Below are positions 51,654-61,111 of a DNA stretch of 64,000 bases, piece by piece (positions within the stretch are counted from its first letter, which is position 1; every line of letters begins with the position of its first letter). Source of the DNA: Alphaproteobacteria bacterium (GTDB lineage: Bacteria; Pseudomonadota; Alphaproteobacteria; UBA828); NCBI GenBank assembly GCA_963667785.2, contig CAXXMU010000006.1:384001-448000 (forward strand), read 5' to 3'. The position numbers and the translations under genes were made by a program. The notes below the pieces were generated by a model. It made no database searches. It was not told where the DNA came from and was given only the letters and a program-made list of their open reading frames with translations.

Positions 51654-52750
51654 CGCAGCATGCGGAGCGCCGGGGGCGCGTGGCCACGCTGATCCGCGAT
51701 GCGGGGCTCGACGCCGCCGCCTTCGTGCCCGGCCCGAGCTTCGACTACCTGACCGGCCTCCACTTCCCCCTGATGGAGCGCCCGACGCTTCTCTTCATCA
51801 CCGGGAAGGCCGGGATGCTCGCGATCATGCCGGAGCTCGAGCGCCTGAAGTGGGGAAGCGCCTTCCCCGACGCGGACACTTTCTACTGGCAGGACAGCGA
51901 TGGCTTCGAGGACGCCTTCGCCGCCGCGGCCGGCGCGCTGGGAGCGGCAGCCGTCGGCGTCGAGGGCGGGCGGATGCGCGTGTTCGAGTATGACGCGCTC
52001 CGCCGCCACCTGACGGATGGGGAGGTGCGGAACGCCGACGCGGACCTTCAGGCGCTGCGCATCGCGAAAGACCAGGGCGAGATCGCCAGCCTCTCTCGTG
52101 CGATCGGGATCAGCGAGACCGCGCTGGGCGAGACCCTCGACGAGGTCCGGGCCGGCGATACCGAGGAGAGCATCGCGACACTGCTGAAGAGCCGCATGCT
52201 CGCCCACGGGTCCCAAGGCTTCGGTTTCGAGCCGATCGTGCTGGCGGGCGCCCATGCGGCGAACCCGCACGGCACGCCAGGCGACGCGGCGCTCAGGCCG
52301 GGCGATGCGCTGCTGATCGACTTCGGGGCCAGGATCGACGGCTACAGCGCCGACATCACGCGCACCTTCTTCTGCGAGCACGTGAGCGACCGCCACGCGG
52401 AGATCTACGAGACCGTGCGGGCGGCGAACGCGCTGGGGCGCCGCATCGCCGGGCCCGGGATCACGGCGCACGATCTGGACACGGCGGTGACCGGCTCGCT
52501 GCGATCCTCGTCCTTCGCCCACATGATCGTGCACAAGACCGGCCACGGCCTCGGCCTCGACGTGCACGAGGCGCCTCAGGTGATGGTCGGCAATCACCAG
52601 ACGCTCGAGCCCGGATACGTCATCACCGTCGAGCCGGGCCTCTACGGCGCCGGCGACGTGGGCATCCGGATCGAGGACGACGTGACCATCACCGACGATG
52701 GCTCGCGCTCGCTCACGTCGTTCGCGCGGGAGCTGCGCCTGATCGGCTGA
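51650..52750 (+). CDS. Xaa-Pro peptidase (M24B, prolidase-like)
   Basis: Creatinase_N-like N-terminus; metal ligands IDFG, YSADITRT, HGLGLDVHE, VEPG, RIEDD; ATGA overlap with gntR. Confidence 0.92.
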   Translation: MTQHAERRGRVATLIRDAGLDAAAFVPGPSFDYLTGLHFPLMERPTLLFITGKAGMLAIMPELERLKWGSAFPDADTFYWQDSDGFEDAFAAAAGALGAAAVGVEGGRMRVFEYDALRRHLTDGEVRNADADLQALRIAKDQGEIASLSRAIGISETALGETLDEVRAGDTEESIATLLKSRMLAHGSQGFGFEPIVLAGAHAANPHGTPGDAALRPGDALLIDFGARIDGYSADITRTFFCEHVSDRHAEIYETVRAANALGRRIAGPGITAHDLDTAVTGSLRSSSFAHMIVHKTGHGLGLDVHEAPQVMVGNHQTLEPGYVITVEPGLYGAGDVGIRIEDDVTITDDGSRSLTSFARELRLIG

Positions 52751-52824
52751 GACGCCCGCGAGCCTGCGGGCTGCGGCCGGCGCTTGCCGTAACCACCGCG
52801 CGTAATCCGGGGTAGAGTGCGCCC

Positions 52825-55002
52825 ATGACGCAAGCGGCGGAATCTGTGGAGCGCGCCGCCGGCCGGCCGGCGGCGGAGAGCAGGGCCTTCGAGATCGTCT
52901 CGGCCTTCGAGCCGGCAGGCGATCAGCCCGAGGCCATCCGGCAGCTCATCGCAGGCCTGCGCGACAGCGAGCGCGACCAGGTGCTGCTGGGCGTCACCGG
53001 GTCGGGCAAGACCTTCACCATGACCCACGTGATCCGGGCGCTAGGCCGCCCCACCCTGATCCTGGCGCCGAACAAGACGCTCGCCGCCCAGCTCTACGGC
53101 GAGATGAAGAGCTTCCTGCCGAACAACGCCGTCGAGTACTTCGTCTCCTACTACGACTACTACCAGCCCGAGGCGTACGTGCCGCGCTCGGACACCTATA
53201 TCGAGAAGGACGCCTCGATCAACGAGCATATCGACCGCATGCGCCACAGCGCGACGCGGGCCCTGCTCGAGCGCGAGGACGTAGTGATCGTGGCCTCGGT
53301 CTCGTGCATATACGGCATCGGCGCGGTCGAGACCTACTCCTCGATGGCGGTCGCGCTGACGCAGGAAGGGCGCGTCGACCAGCGGGCGCTCATCCGCAAG
53401 CTGATCGAGCTGCAGTACCGTCGAACCAACCAGACGCTGGAGCGCGGCAGCTTCCGCGTGCGCGGCGACGTGATCGAGCTCTTTCCGGCGCATTCCGAGG
53501 ACCGCGCCTGGCGTATCTCGCTCTTCGGCGACGAGATCGAGGAGATCATCGAGTTCGATCCGCTCACCGGCGCCAAGACCGACCGGCTCGTGCGGGTGCG
53601 CATCTACCCCAACAGCCACTACGTCACGCCGAGGCCCACGGTGCGCCAGGCGATCAAGCAGGTCAGGATCGAGCTCGCCCAGCGGCTGGAGGAGTTCAAC
53701 GCGCAGGGGATGCTGCTGGAGGCCCAGCGGCTGGAGCAGCGCACGCTCTTCGACCTCGAGATGATGGAGGCAACCGGCTCCTGCGCCGGCATCGAGAACT
53801 ACTCGCGCTACCTCACCGGCCGCAATCCGGGCGAGCCGCCGCCCACGCTCTTCGAATACCTGCCCGAGAACGCGCTGCTGATCGTCGACGAATCCCACGT
53901 CACCGTGCCCCAGCTCGGCGGCATGTTCCGCGGCGACTTCAAGCGCAAGTCCACCCTCGCCGAGTTCGGCTTCCGGCTGCCGTCGTGCGTCGACAACAGG
54001 CCGCTCAAGTTCGAGGAGTGGGACGCCATGCGGCCGGAGACCATCTTCGTCTCGGCGACGCCGGGGCCGTGGGAGCTGGAGCGCACCGGCGGGGCCTTCA
54101 TCGAACAGGTGATCCGCCCGACCGGGCTGATCGACCCGGTGTGCGTGGTCCGCCCCGTGGAACACCAGGTCGACGACCTCATCGCCGAGTGCAAGGACCG
54201 CGCCGCCCGGGGGCTCCGGGTGCTGGTCACGACCCTCACCAAGCGCATGGCCGAGGACCTGACCGAGTATCTCCACGAAGCCGGCGTCCGCGTGCGCTAC
54301 CTGCACTCCGACATCGACACCATCGAACGCATCGAGATCATCCGCGACCTGCGTCTCGGCGCCTTCGACGTGCTGGTCGGCATCAACCTCCTGCGCGAGG
54401 GGCTGGACATCCCGGAATGCGGGCTGGTGGCGATCCTGGACGCCGACAAGGAAGGCTTCCTGCGCTCGCAGACCTCGCTGATCCAGACCATCGGCCGGGC
54501 GGCGCGCAACGTCGACGGCCGGGTGATCCTCTACGCTGACGCGATGACCGACTCGCTCAGCACCGCGCTGGCGGAGACCGAGCGCCGGCGCGCGCGCCAG
54601 CAGGCCTTCAACGCCGCCAACGGCATCACGCCCGAAAGCGTCAGGAAGTCGATCGCCGACATCCTGGAGAGCGTGTACGAGGCGGACCATGTCACCGTCG
54701 GCACCGGCGATGACGAGACCGCACACCTCGTCGGGCACAATCTCGAGGCCCATCTCAAGGACCTGGAAGCGCGCATGAAGGCGGCGGCGGCGGAGCTCGA
54801 GTTCGAGGAGGCGGCGCGGCTCAGGGACGAGATCCGCAGGCTCAACGACATGGACCTCGGGCTCGCGGACCGCCGCGACGACGGCGCGGGCGGCGCCGTC
54901 CGTGCCTCCGGGCGAGGGCGCAGCAGCAAGGGCGCGCCCGGCACCTCCGCCCGCAAGCGCAGCAAGAAGAAATCCGCCCGTCGCCGCTCGGCCTTCGGCT
55001 GA
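52825..55002 (+). CDS. uvrB: Excinuclease ABC subunit B
   Basis: [38 protein letters not shown]-terminal UVR domain. Confidence 0.98.
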   Translation: MTQAAESVERAAGRPAAESRAFEIVSAFEPAGDQPEAIRQLIAGLRDSERDQVLLGVTGSGKTFTMTHVIRALGRPTLILAPNKTLAAQLYGEMKSFLPNNAVEYFVSYYDYYQPEAYVPRSDTYIEKDASINEHIDRMRHSATRALLEREDVVIVASVSCIYGIGAVETYSSMAVALTQEGRVDQRALIRKLIELQYRRTNQTLERGSFRVRGDVIELFPAHSEDRAWRISLFGDEIEEIIEFDPLTGAKTDRLVRVRIYPNSHYVTPRPTVRQAIKQVRIELAQRLEEFNAQGMLLEAQRLEQRTLFDLEMMEATGSCAGIENYSRYLTGRNPGEPPPTLFEYLPENALLIVDESHVTVPQLGGMFRGDFKRKSTLAEFGFRLPSCVDNRPLKFEEWDAMRPETIFVSATPGPWELERTGGAFIEQVIRPTGLIDPVCVVRPVEHQVDDLIAECKDRAARGLRVLVTTLTKRMAEDLTEYLHEAGVRVRYLHSDIDTIERIEIIRDLRLGAFDVLVGINLLREGLDIPECGLVAILDADKEGFLRSQTSLIQTIGRAARNVDGRVILYADAMTDSLSTALAETERRRARQQAFNAANGITPESVRKSIADILESVYEADHVTVGTGDDETAHLVGHNLEAHLKDLEARMKAAAAELEFEEAARLRDEIRRLNDMDLGLADRRDDGAGGAVRASGRGRSSKGAPGTSARKRSKKKSARRRSAFG

Positions 55003-55024
55003 GGCAGGCACGCCGACCCGTCCC

Positions 55025-56038
55025 ATGGTGGCGCTTTCGGTCCTCGATCTGTCGCCGATCCCCGAAGGCGCGAACGCGGCGGAGGCGTTCCGCAACACGG
55101 TGGACCTCGCGCGCCATGTCGAGCGCCTGGGCTTCCGCCGCTATTGGCTGGCCGAGCATCACAACATGGCCGGCATCGGCAGTGCCGCGACCGCGGTGTT
55201 GATCGGCCATGTCGCAGGTGCCACCGAGACCATCCGTGTCGGCGCCGGCGGCATCATGCTGCCCAACCACGCGCCGCTGGTCATCGCCGAGCAGTTCGGC
55301 ACCCTCGAATCGCTCTATCCCGGGCGGATCGACCTCGGCATCGGGCGCGCACCGGGGACCGACCAGCTCACGTCCCATGCGCTCAGGCGCACACTCACCG
55401 GCGACGTCAACGACTTCCCGCGCGATGTGGTGGAGCTGCAGAGCTACTTCCAGCCGACACCGCCGGGCCAGCGCGTGCGGGCGGTACCGGGCGCGGGCCT
55501 GGAGGTGCCGATCTGGATTCTCGGCTCGAGCCTCTTCGGCGCGCAGCTCGCCGCCGTCCTGGGTCTCCCCTACGCCTTCGCCTCGCACTTCGCGCCCGCC
55601 GCGCTGATGCAGGCGATCGAGGTCTACCGGGAGCAGTTCCGACCCTCGGCGCAGTGCGACTCCTCCTACCTGATGGCGGGGTTCAACGTCTTCGCCGCCG
55701 ACAGCGAGGAGGAGGCGGCCTACGTGCGGAGCTCGGCCCAGCAATCGGTGCTGAACCTGCACCGCGGCGTACCCGGCCCCCTGCCCCGCCCGGTGCAGGG
55801 CTTCGAGGACGGCCTCGATGCACAGGAGCGCACCATCCTCGCGCGCTGGTTCACCTGCGCCGCTTCGGGCACGCCGGAGCCGGTGGCGGAACGCCTCAAG
55901 ACATTCGCGGAGCAGACCGGCGTCGACGAGATCATGGTGACGTCGAACATCCACGACCACGCGGCCCGGCTGCGCTCCTACGAGATCACGGCCGAGGCGG
56001 GCGCTAGCCTGGCACGCCGGTCGGCCACCGACACGTAG
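55025..56038 (+). CDS. LLM-class flavin-dependent oxidoreductase (YhbW-like)
   Basis: [46 protein letters not shown]. Confidence 0.92.
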   Translation: MVALSVLDLSPIPEGANAAEAFRNTVDLARHVERLGFRRYWLAEHHNMAGIGSAATAVLIGHVAGATETIRVGAGGIMLPNHAPLVIAEQFGTLESLYPGRIDLGIGRAPGTDQLTSHALRRTLTGDVNDFPRDVVELQSYFQPTPPGQRVRAVPGAGLEVPIWILGSSLFGAQLAAVLGLPYAFASHFAPAALMQAIEVYREQFRPSAQCDSSYLMAGFNVFAADSEEEAAYVRSSAQQSVLNLHRGVPGPLPRPVQGFEDGLDAQERTILARWFTCAASGTPEPVAERLKTFAEQTGVDEIMVTSNIHDHAARLRSYEITAEAGASLARRSATDT

Positions 56039-56123
56039 GCCGCCTAGGGCCATCGCGGTCCCTCGGTTGCCGGGGACTTCCCGCCGGCGATAGGATGGAG
56101 CACGGGTCGGCGGGAGAGATGGC

Positions 56124-57179
56124 ATGGCGCTAGCGCACGCGCGTGCGGAGGCAGCGGTGACGAGGGCAGACCTCGCCGCCCGCCTCGAAGCGCATCCGCG
56201 CATACCGCTCGCGCATCTGCCGACACCGCTCGATGCCTGCCCCCGGCTCGCCGAGGCGATCGGCGTGCGCGCCCTCTACGTCAAGCGCGACGACCTTACC
56301 GGGCTCGCCTTCGGCGGCAACAAGACGCGCCATCTCGAGTTCACCTTCGCCGAAATCCTGCGCTCGGGCGCCGACACCGTGGTCGCGGGCGCCTACACCC
56401 AGTCCAACTGGTGCCGGCAGATCACGGCGGCGGCGCGCAAGCTCGGCCTCGCGGTGTCGCTGGTCCTGATACACGGCGTCAAGGGGCCGAGGGTGCAGGG
56501 CAACCTGCTGCTCGACCGCCTCATGGGTGCGGACGTGACCGTGGTCGACATCGATTCGATGGAGAAGATCCAGCCGCTGCTCGACGAGAAGGCCCGCACC
56601 CTCGAGGCGGCAGGACGGCGGCCCTTCGTGATCGCGCCCTTCGCCCTCGACCAGCAGGTCCGGGCGGCCATCGGCTACGTCGTGACGGCGATCGAGCTCG
56701 ACGCCCAGTTCGAGGACGCAGGCATCGACCCCGCCCACGTATTCGTCTGCGGCGCCAACAACACGCCCGCTGGCCTCATAACCGGCCTGCGGGCGCTGGG
56801 GCGCCGGGCGCGCGTGACGTCGGTCAGCCCGATCCGCTGGGAAGAGCCGCGCGAGCTCGACATCGCCCGCGTCGCCACCGGGACGGCGCGCGCGCTCGAC
56901 CTCAACCTCGTGATCGAGCCGGGCGACTTCGTCGCCGACGAGGGCCATATCGGCGAGGACTACGGCGTGCTCTCGCCGGAGGCCCGCGCCGCCATCAGGC
57001 TCGTGGCCGGGACCGAAGGTATCCTTCTCGACCCGGTCTACTCGGGCAAGGCCATGGCCGGCCTCATCGACGCGGCGAAGCGCGGCACCGTGGGGGCGGA
57101 CGAGACGGTGGTGTTCGTCCATACGGGCGGCATGCCGGCGCTCTTCGCCTATGCCGAGGACTTGATCGATGACGGCTGA
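56124..57179 (+). CDS. PLP enzyme of the D-cysteine desulfhydrase / ACC deaminase / cysteate sulfo-lyase family
   Basis: LPTPL, VKRDD..G..GGNKTR, QSNW, LDPVYSGKA, VHTGG. Confidence 0.88.
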   Translation: MALAHARAEAAVTRADLAARLEAHPRIPLAHLPTPLDACPRLAEAIGVRALYVKRDDLTGLAFGGNKTRHLEFTFAEILRSGADTVVAGAYTQSNWCRQITAAARKLGLAVSLVLIHGVKGPRVQGNLLLDRLMGADVTVVDIDSMEKIQPLLDEKARTLEAAGRRPFVIAPFALDQQVRAAIGYVVTAIELDAQFEDAGIDPAHVFVCGANNTPAGLITGLRALGRRARVTSVSPIRWEEPRELDIARVATGTARALDLNLVIEPGDFVADEGHIGEDYGVLSPEARAAIRLVAGTEGILLDPVYSGKAMAGLIDAAKRGTVGADETVVFVHTGGMPALFAYAEDLIDDG

Positions 57180-58800
57180 GGCAGGCCCCGCCCGCCGGAC
57201 CGATACGGAGGGCGGCCGGGACGAGAGCGCACCCGCGCTGAGGCGGCAGGTCGCGTCGCTGGAGCAGGCGCTGGCCGAGGCCTGGCGCGCCCGCGATGCG
57301 GGGCGGACATCGGAGGACAGGTTCCGCGCCCTCTTCGAGATGAGCCGGGACGGGATCGTCTTCGTCGATCTCGAAGGCCACATCGAGGAGATGAACCAGG
57401 CCTATCTCGACCTCGTCGGCTACGACCGCGACGAGATCACCACGCACACCTATCAGGACCTCACGCCCGAGAAGTGGCGCGCCAGCGAGGCGGAGATCAT
57501 CGAGACCCAGGTGATGCGGCGCGGCTTCTCCGACGAGTACGAGAAGGAGTACGTGCGCAAGGACGGCTCGATCGCGCCGATCAGCCTGCGCACCATCCTG
57601 GTGCGGGACCTGGACGGGCGTCCGATCCGCTTCATGGGCATCGTCCGCGACATCACCGAGCTGAAGGAGAAGGAGGAGGCGCTCAAGGCCTCCGAGAAGC
57701 GGTATCGCGGCCTCTTCGACCTGAGCCACGACGGCGTGGTCTTCGTCGGCCTCGACGGCCCCGTCGAGGAGGCGAACGGCGCCTATCTCGACATGCTCGG
57801 CTACGATCTCGACGAACTCATCGGCGTGACCTATCAGCAGCTCACACCCGTCCGCTGGGCGGAGATGGAGGCCGAGATCGTCGACCGGCAGCTCATGTCG
57901 CGCGGCTACACCGACGAGTACGAGAAGGAATACATCCGCAAGGGAGGCTCGATCTTCCCCGTCGCCGTCCGCTCCATCCTGGTGCGGGACGAGGCGGGCA
58001 CGCCGGTGCGGATCATGGGGATCGTGCGCGACATCACCGAGCAGAAGCGGGCGAAGGAGGCGCTGGAGCGCCACGCCCGCGACCTCGCCCGCTCCAACGA
58101 GGAGTTGGAGCAGTTCGCCTACGTCGCCTCCCACGACCTGCAGGAGCCGTTGCGCAAGATCAGGGCGTTCGGCGCGCTGCTCGCCGACGAAAAGCGCGAG
58201 AGCCTGGACGACGAAGGCCGCCAGTACATCGACTTCATGACCGACGCCGCGGCGCGGATGCAGACCCTGGTGAGCGACCTGCTGGCGCTCTCGCGGGTCA
58301 CCACCGCCGCCCAGCCCTTCGAGGACCTGGCGCTCGACGAGGTGTTCGACACGGTGCTCTCCGACCTCTCCGTGGCGCTGCAGGAGGGAGGCGGTGCGGT
58401 CGACGTCGCCGCGGCCCCGACCATCGAGGCCGACCGCACCCAGATGGAGCAGCTCTTCCGCAATCTCATCGGCAACGCGCTCAAGTTCCGCCGGCCCGGC
58501 GTCGCGCCGCGGGTCACGGTTGGAACGGCGGAGGACGCGCCTCCTCTCGACGCGATCCCTGGGCCGGCGCATACCATCGTCGTGACCGACAACGGCATCG
58601 GCTTCGAGCCGGACCAGGGAAGCAAGCTGTTCCAGCCCTTCAAGCGGCTGCACGCGCGCCACCAGTACGAGGGCGCGGGCATCGGGCTCGCGATCTGCGA
58701 GAAGATCGTGCTCCGCCATCACGGCCGGATCACCGCGACCGCCGCGCCGGGCGCGGGCGCCACCTTCACCGTGACGCTGCCGCGCCGGCAGCCCCGATGA
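57169..58800 (+). CDS. Cytoplasmic sensor histidine kinase with two PAS/PAC domains
   Basis: Two PAS repeats ending RDITE; H-box ASHDLQEPLR, N-box NLIGNALKF, DNGIG, GAGIGL; no TM segment. Confidence 0.94.
   Translation: MTAEAGPARRTDTEGGRDESAPALRRQVASLEQALAEAWRARDAGRTSEDRFRALFEMSRDGIVFVDLEGHIEEMNQAYLDLVGYDRDEITTHTYQDLTPEKWRASEAEIIETQVMRRGFSDEYEKEYVRKDGSIAPISLRTILVRDLDGRPIRFMGIVRDITELKEKEEALKASEKRYRGLFDLSHDGVVFVGLDGPVEEANGAYLDMLGYDLDELIGVTYQQLTPVRWAEMEAEIVDRQLMSRGYTDEYEKEYIRKGGSIFPVAVRSILVRDEAGTPVRIMGIVRDITEQKRAKEALERHARDLARSNEELEQFAYVASHDLQEPLRKIRAFGALLADEKRESLDDEGRQYIDFMTDAAARMQTLVSDLLALSRVTTAAQPFEDLALDEVFDTVLSDLSVALQEGGGAVDVAAAPTIEADRTQMEQLFRNLIGNALKFRRPGVAPRVTVGTAEDAPPLDAIPGPAHTIVVTDNGIGFEPDQGSKLFQPFKRLHARHQYEGAGIGLAICEKIVLRHHGRITATAAPGAGATFTVTLPRRQPR
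57310..58047 (+). repeat. Intragenic tandem duplication of the PAS module (381-bp period)
   Basis: Units start at 57310 and 57691 and share e.g. GACGAGTACGAGAAGGA and CGCGACATCACCGAGC. Confidence 0.8.
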
Positions 58801-58807
58801 GGACCGC

Positions 58808-59731
58808 GTGAGCACCGCACCCGGCATCAAGCCGGTCCTCATCCTGATGGCGGACGATGATCCCGAGGACTGCCTGCTGACCAAGAAGACGCTGCAGAAG
58901 GCGCGGCTCGCCAACGAGCTGCGCTTCGTGCAGGACGGGCAGGAGCTGCTCGACTATCTCGGGCGGGAAGGCCGGTTCGCCGACCCCTCCGCTTCGCCCC
59001 GCCCCGACCTGATCCTGCTCGATCTCAACATGCCCAACATGGCCGGGCTGGATTCGCTGTGGGAGATCAACCTGAAGCCCGCACTGCGGCGGATTCCGAT
59101 CGTCATCCTCACCGCCTCGGAGGCCAGCCTCGACATCTCGGACAGCTACAATCTCGGCGCTTACGCCTATCTGGTGAAGCCCGTGACCTTCTCGAAGCTG
59201 CACGAGGCCGTGCTGCGGCTCAGGAGCTGCAGCTACGAGCTCACCGTGCCCGCCAGCCCGGGCGAGGCCGTGCGGCCCGCGGTCATCGTCATGGCGGACG
59301 ACGACCCGGAAGACTGCCTGCAGGCGACCAAGACGCTCCAGGCCGCGGGTCTCGGCAACGCGCTCACTTACGTGACCAACGGCGCCGCGCTGCTGGACCA
59401 CCTGCATGGGCGCCACGTGCATGGCGACGGCACACCCGCGCCGCGGCCCGACCTCGTCTTGCTCGATCCGGGGCTGCAACAGACGGAAGGGCGCCATGCG
59501 CTCGCCGAGATGGCCGCCACGCCGGCGCTCCGCGACCTGCCGGTGATCCTGCTGGGCGCGTCCAGGGAAGAACGCGCCGCGCTGCCCCAGCCGGGAGCGG
59601 CGGGGCCGGTCTTCATCGATACGCCGATCGAGTTCGGCGCATTCGCCGACGCGGTGGCTCAGTTTCCGTCGCTCGCGCTCCGGCTCGTCACCGCGGCCCC
59701 CGAGCCGGAAGACGGGAGCGGCGCGGCGTAG
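58808..59731 (+). CDS. Response regulator with two receiver domains and no output domain
   Basis: REC1 MADDD...LLDLNMP...YLVKP; REC2 MADDD...VLLDPGL..., degenerate. Confidence 0.85.
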   Translation: MSTAPGIKPVLILMADDDPEDCLLTKKTLQKARLANELRFVQDGQELLDYLGREGRFADPSASPRPDLILLDLNMPNMAGLDSLWEINLKPALRRIPIVILTASEASLDISDSYNLGAYAYLVKPVTFSKLHEAVLRLRSCSYELTVPASPGEAVRPAVIVMADDDPEDCLQATKTLQAAGLGNALTYVTNGAALLDHLHGRHVHGDGTPAPRPDLVLLDPGLQQTEGRHALAEMAATPALRDLPVILLGASREERAALPQPGAAGPVFIDTPIEFGAFADAVAQFPSLALRLVTAAPEPEDGSGAA

Positions 59732-59748
59732 GCGCAGGGAGCAGACGC

Positions 59749-60201
59749 ATGATGCGGGTCGACAGCAGCGAGAGCACCGTCCTGGTAATGGCGGACGACG
59801 ACCCGGCCGACTGCCTTCTTACCGAGAAGGCGCTGCGCAAGGCGGACATCACCTGCCCGCTCTACGTCGTCCACGACGGTGCGGAGCTGATGGATTACCT
59901 GACGCACCGGGGCGACTATGCGGACCCGGCAGCGGCGCCGCGGCCGAGCCTGATCCTGCTGGATCTCAACATGCCGAAGGTCAACGGCACGGAGGTGCTG
60001 GCGCGGCTGCGCGACGAGCCCGAGCTCCGCAGCATCCCCGTCGTGGTGCTGACGACCTCCGACGAGGAGCGGGACATCGCCTCGAGCTACGCGCTCGGCG
60101 CGAATGCCTACCTGGTGAAGCCGTCGGCCTTCGACGACATGGTCTCGGTCGCCGAGATCGTGAAGGCGCACTGGCTGGAGGCGGTGCGACTCCCGCCCTG
60201 A
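59749..60201 (+). CDS. Single-domain response regulator (Rcp1-like)
   Basis: MADDD, ILLDLNMPKVNG, IPVVVLTTS, GANAYLVKP. Confidence 0.92.
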   Translation: MMRVDSSESTVLVMADDDPADCLLTEKALRKADITCPLYVVHDGAELMDYLTHRGDYADPAAAPRPSLILLDLNMPKVNGTEVLARLRDEPELRSIPVVVLTTSDEERDIASSYALGANAYLVKPSAFDDMVSVAEIVKAHWLEAVRLPP

Positions 60202-60204
60202 GCG

Positions 60205-61101
60205 CTACGAGCCGTCGACGGCCGCCACGACACCCGCCGTCTCGGCCGCGTGGACGAGCCGCGTCGGCTGCACCCACCAGGCCGGACGATCGCGGGCGAC
60301 GGCACGGGCCGCGCGGGCGGCGGCAGCCTCGCCGTCGAACAGGCCGAAGCAAGTGGCACCCGAGCCCGACATGCGGGCGAGCAGGCAGCCCGGCGCCGCC
60401 GCAAGCCGCGTGAGCACGCGGCCGATCTCGGGCGCCTCAACTTGCGCGGGCCGCTCCAGATCGTTCCGCCGCGCAGCGAGCAGGGCGGCCAGAGCCGGCG
60501 CGTCCGGCGGCCTCTCCCCGAATTGCCCGGCGGCCGAGAACGGCCCCTGCCTCGCCACGAAGACTCGCCCCGTGGACACCGGCACACCGGGATTGACCAA
60601 CAACGCCGCGCAGGCAGGCAAGGGCGGCGGCGGGCTCAGCAGCTCGCCGATGCCGGCCATGTAGGCCGCCCGCGATTCGAGGCAGACCGGCACGTCGGCG
60701 CCGAGGCCGAGCGCCGTCTCCCGCAGCAGGCCGTCGTGCTCGGGGCCGAGCCGCCAGAGCCGGGCGAGGCCGCGCAGCACCGCGGCCGCGTCGGCCGAGC
60801 CACCGCCGAGGCCGGCAGCGACGGGAATGCGCTTGTGCAACGCGATGCGCACGCCGGCGCTGCGGCCGAGCGCGTCCGCGAGCGCCTCCGCCGCCCGCGT
60901 CGCGAGATTCCCGCCGGCGTCGAGAGCCGGGGCGAAAGGGCCACTCACGGCGAGGTCGAGGGTCTCCGCCGGCGCGATCTCCAGCGTATCGGCGAACGCG
61001 GCGAAGGTGACGAGGCTGTCCAGCTCGTGATAGCCGTCCGCGCGCCGGCCGGTCACGTGGAGGTAAAGGTTGAGCTTGGCCGGCGCCTCGATACGGATCA
61101 C
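60205..61101 (-). CDS. ispE: 4-diphosphocytidyl-2-C-methyl-D-erythritol kinase
   Basis: APAKLNLYLHV, GYHEL, IPVAAGLGGGSADAA, GADVP, MSGSG. Confidence 0.96.
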   Translation of the reverse strand: MIRIEAPAKLNLYLHVTGRRADGYHELDSLVTFAAFADTLEIAPAETLDLAVSGPFAPALDAGGNLATRAAEALADALGRSAGVRIALHKRIPVAAGLGGGSADAAAVLRGLARLWRLGPEHDGLLRETALGLGADVPVCLESRAAYMAGIGELLSPPPPLPACAALLVNPGVPVSTGRVFVARQGPFSAAGQFGERPPDAPALAALLAARRNDLERPAQVEAPEIGRVLTRLAAAPGCLLARMSGSGATCFGLFDGEAAAARAARAVARDRPAWWVQPTRLVHAAETAGVVAAVDGS

Positions 61102-61111
61102 CGCCGGCCCC

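Noticed and set aside
52751-52824. SOS box upstream of uvrB
   Set aside because: No GTTC-N7-GTTC or GAAC-N7-GAAC is present.
56124-57179. ACC deaminase (acdS) call
   Set aside because: The diagnostic Glu and Leu are replaced by Ser and Thr.
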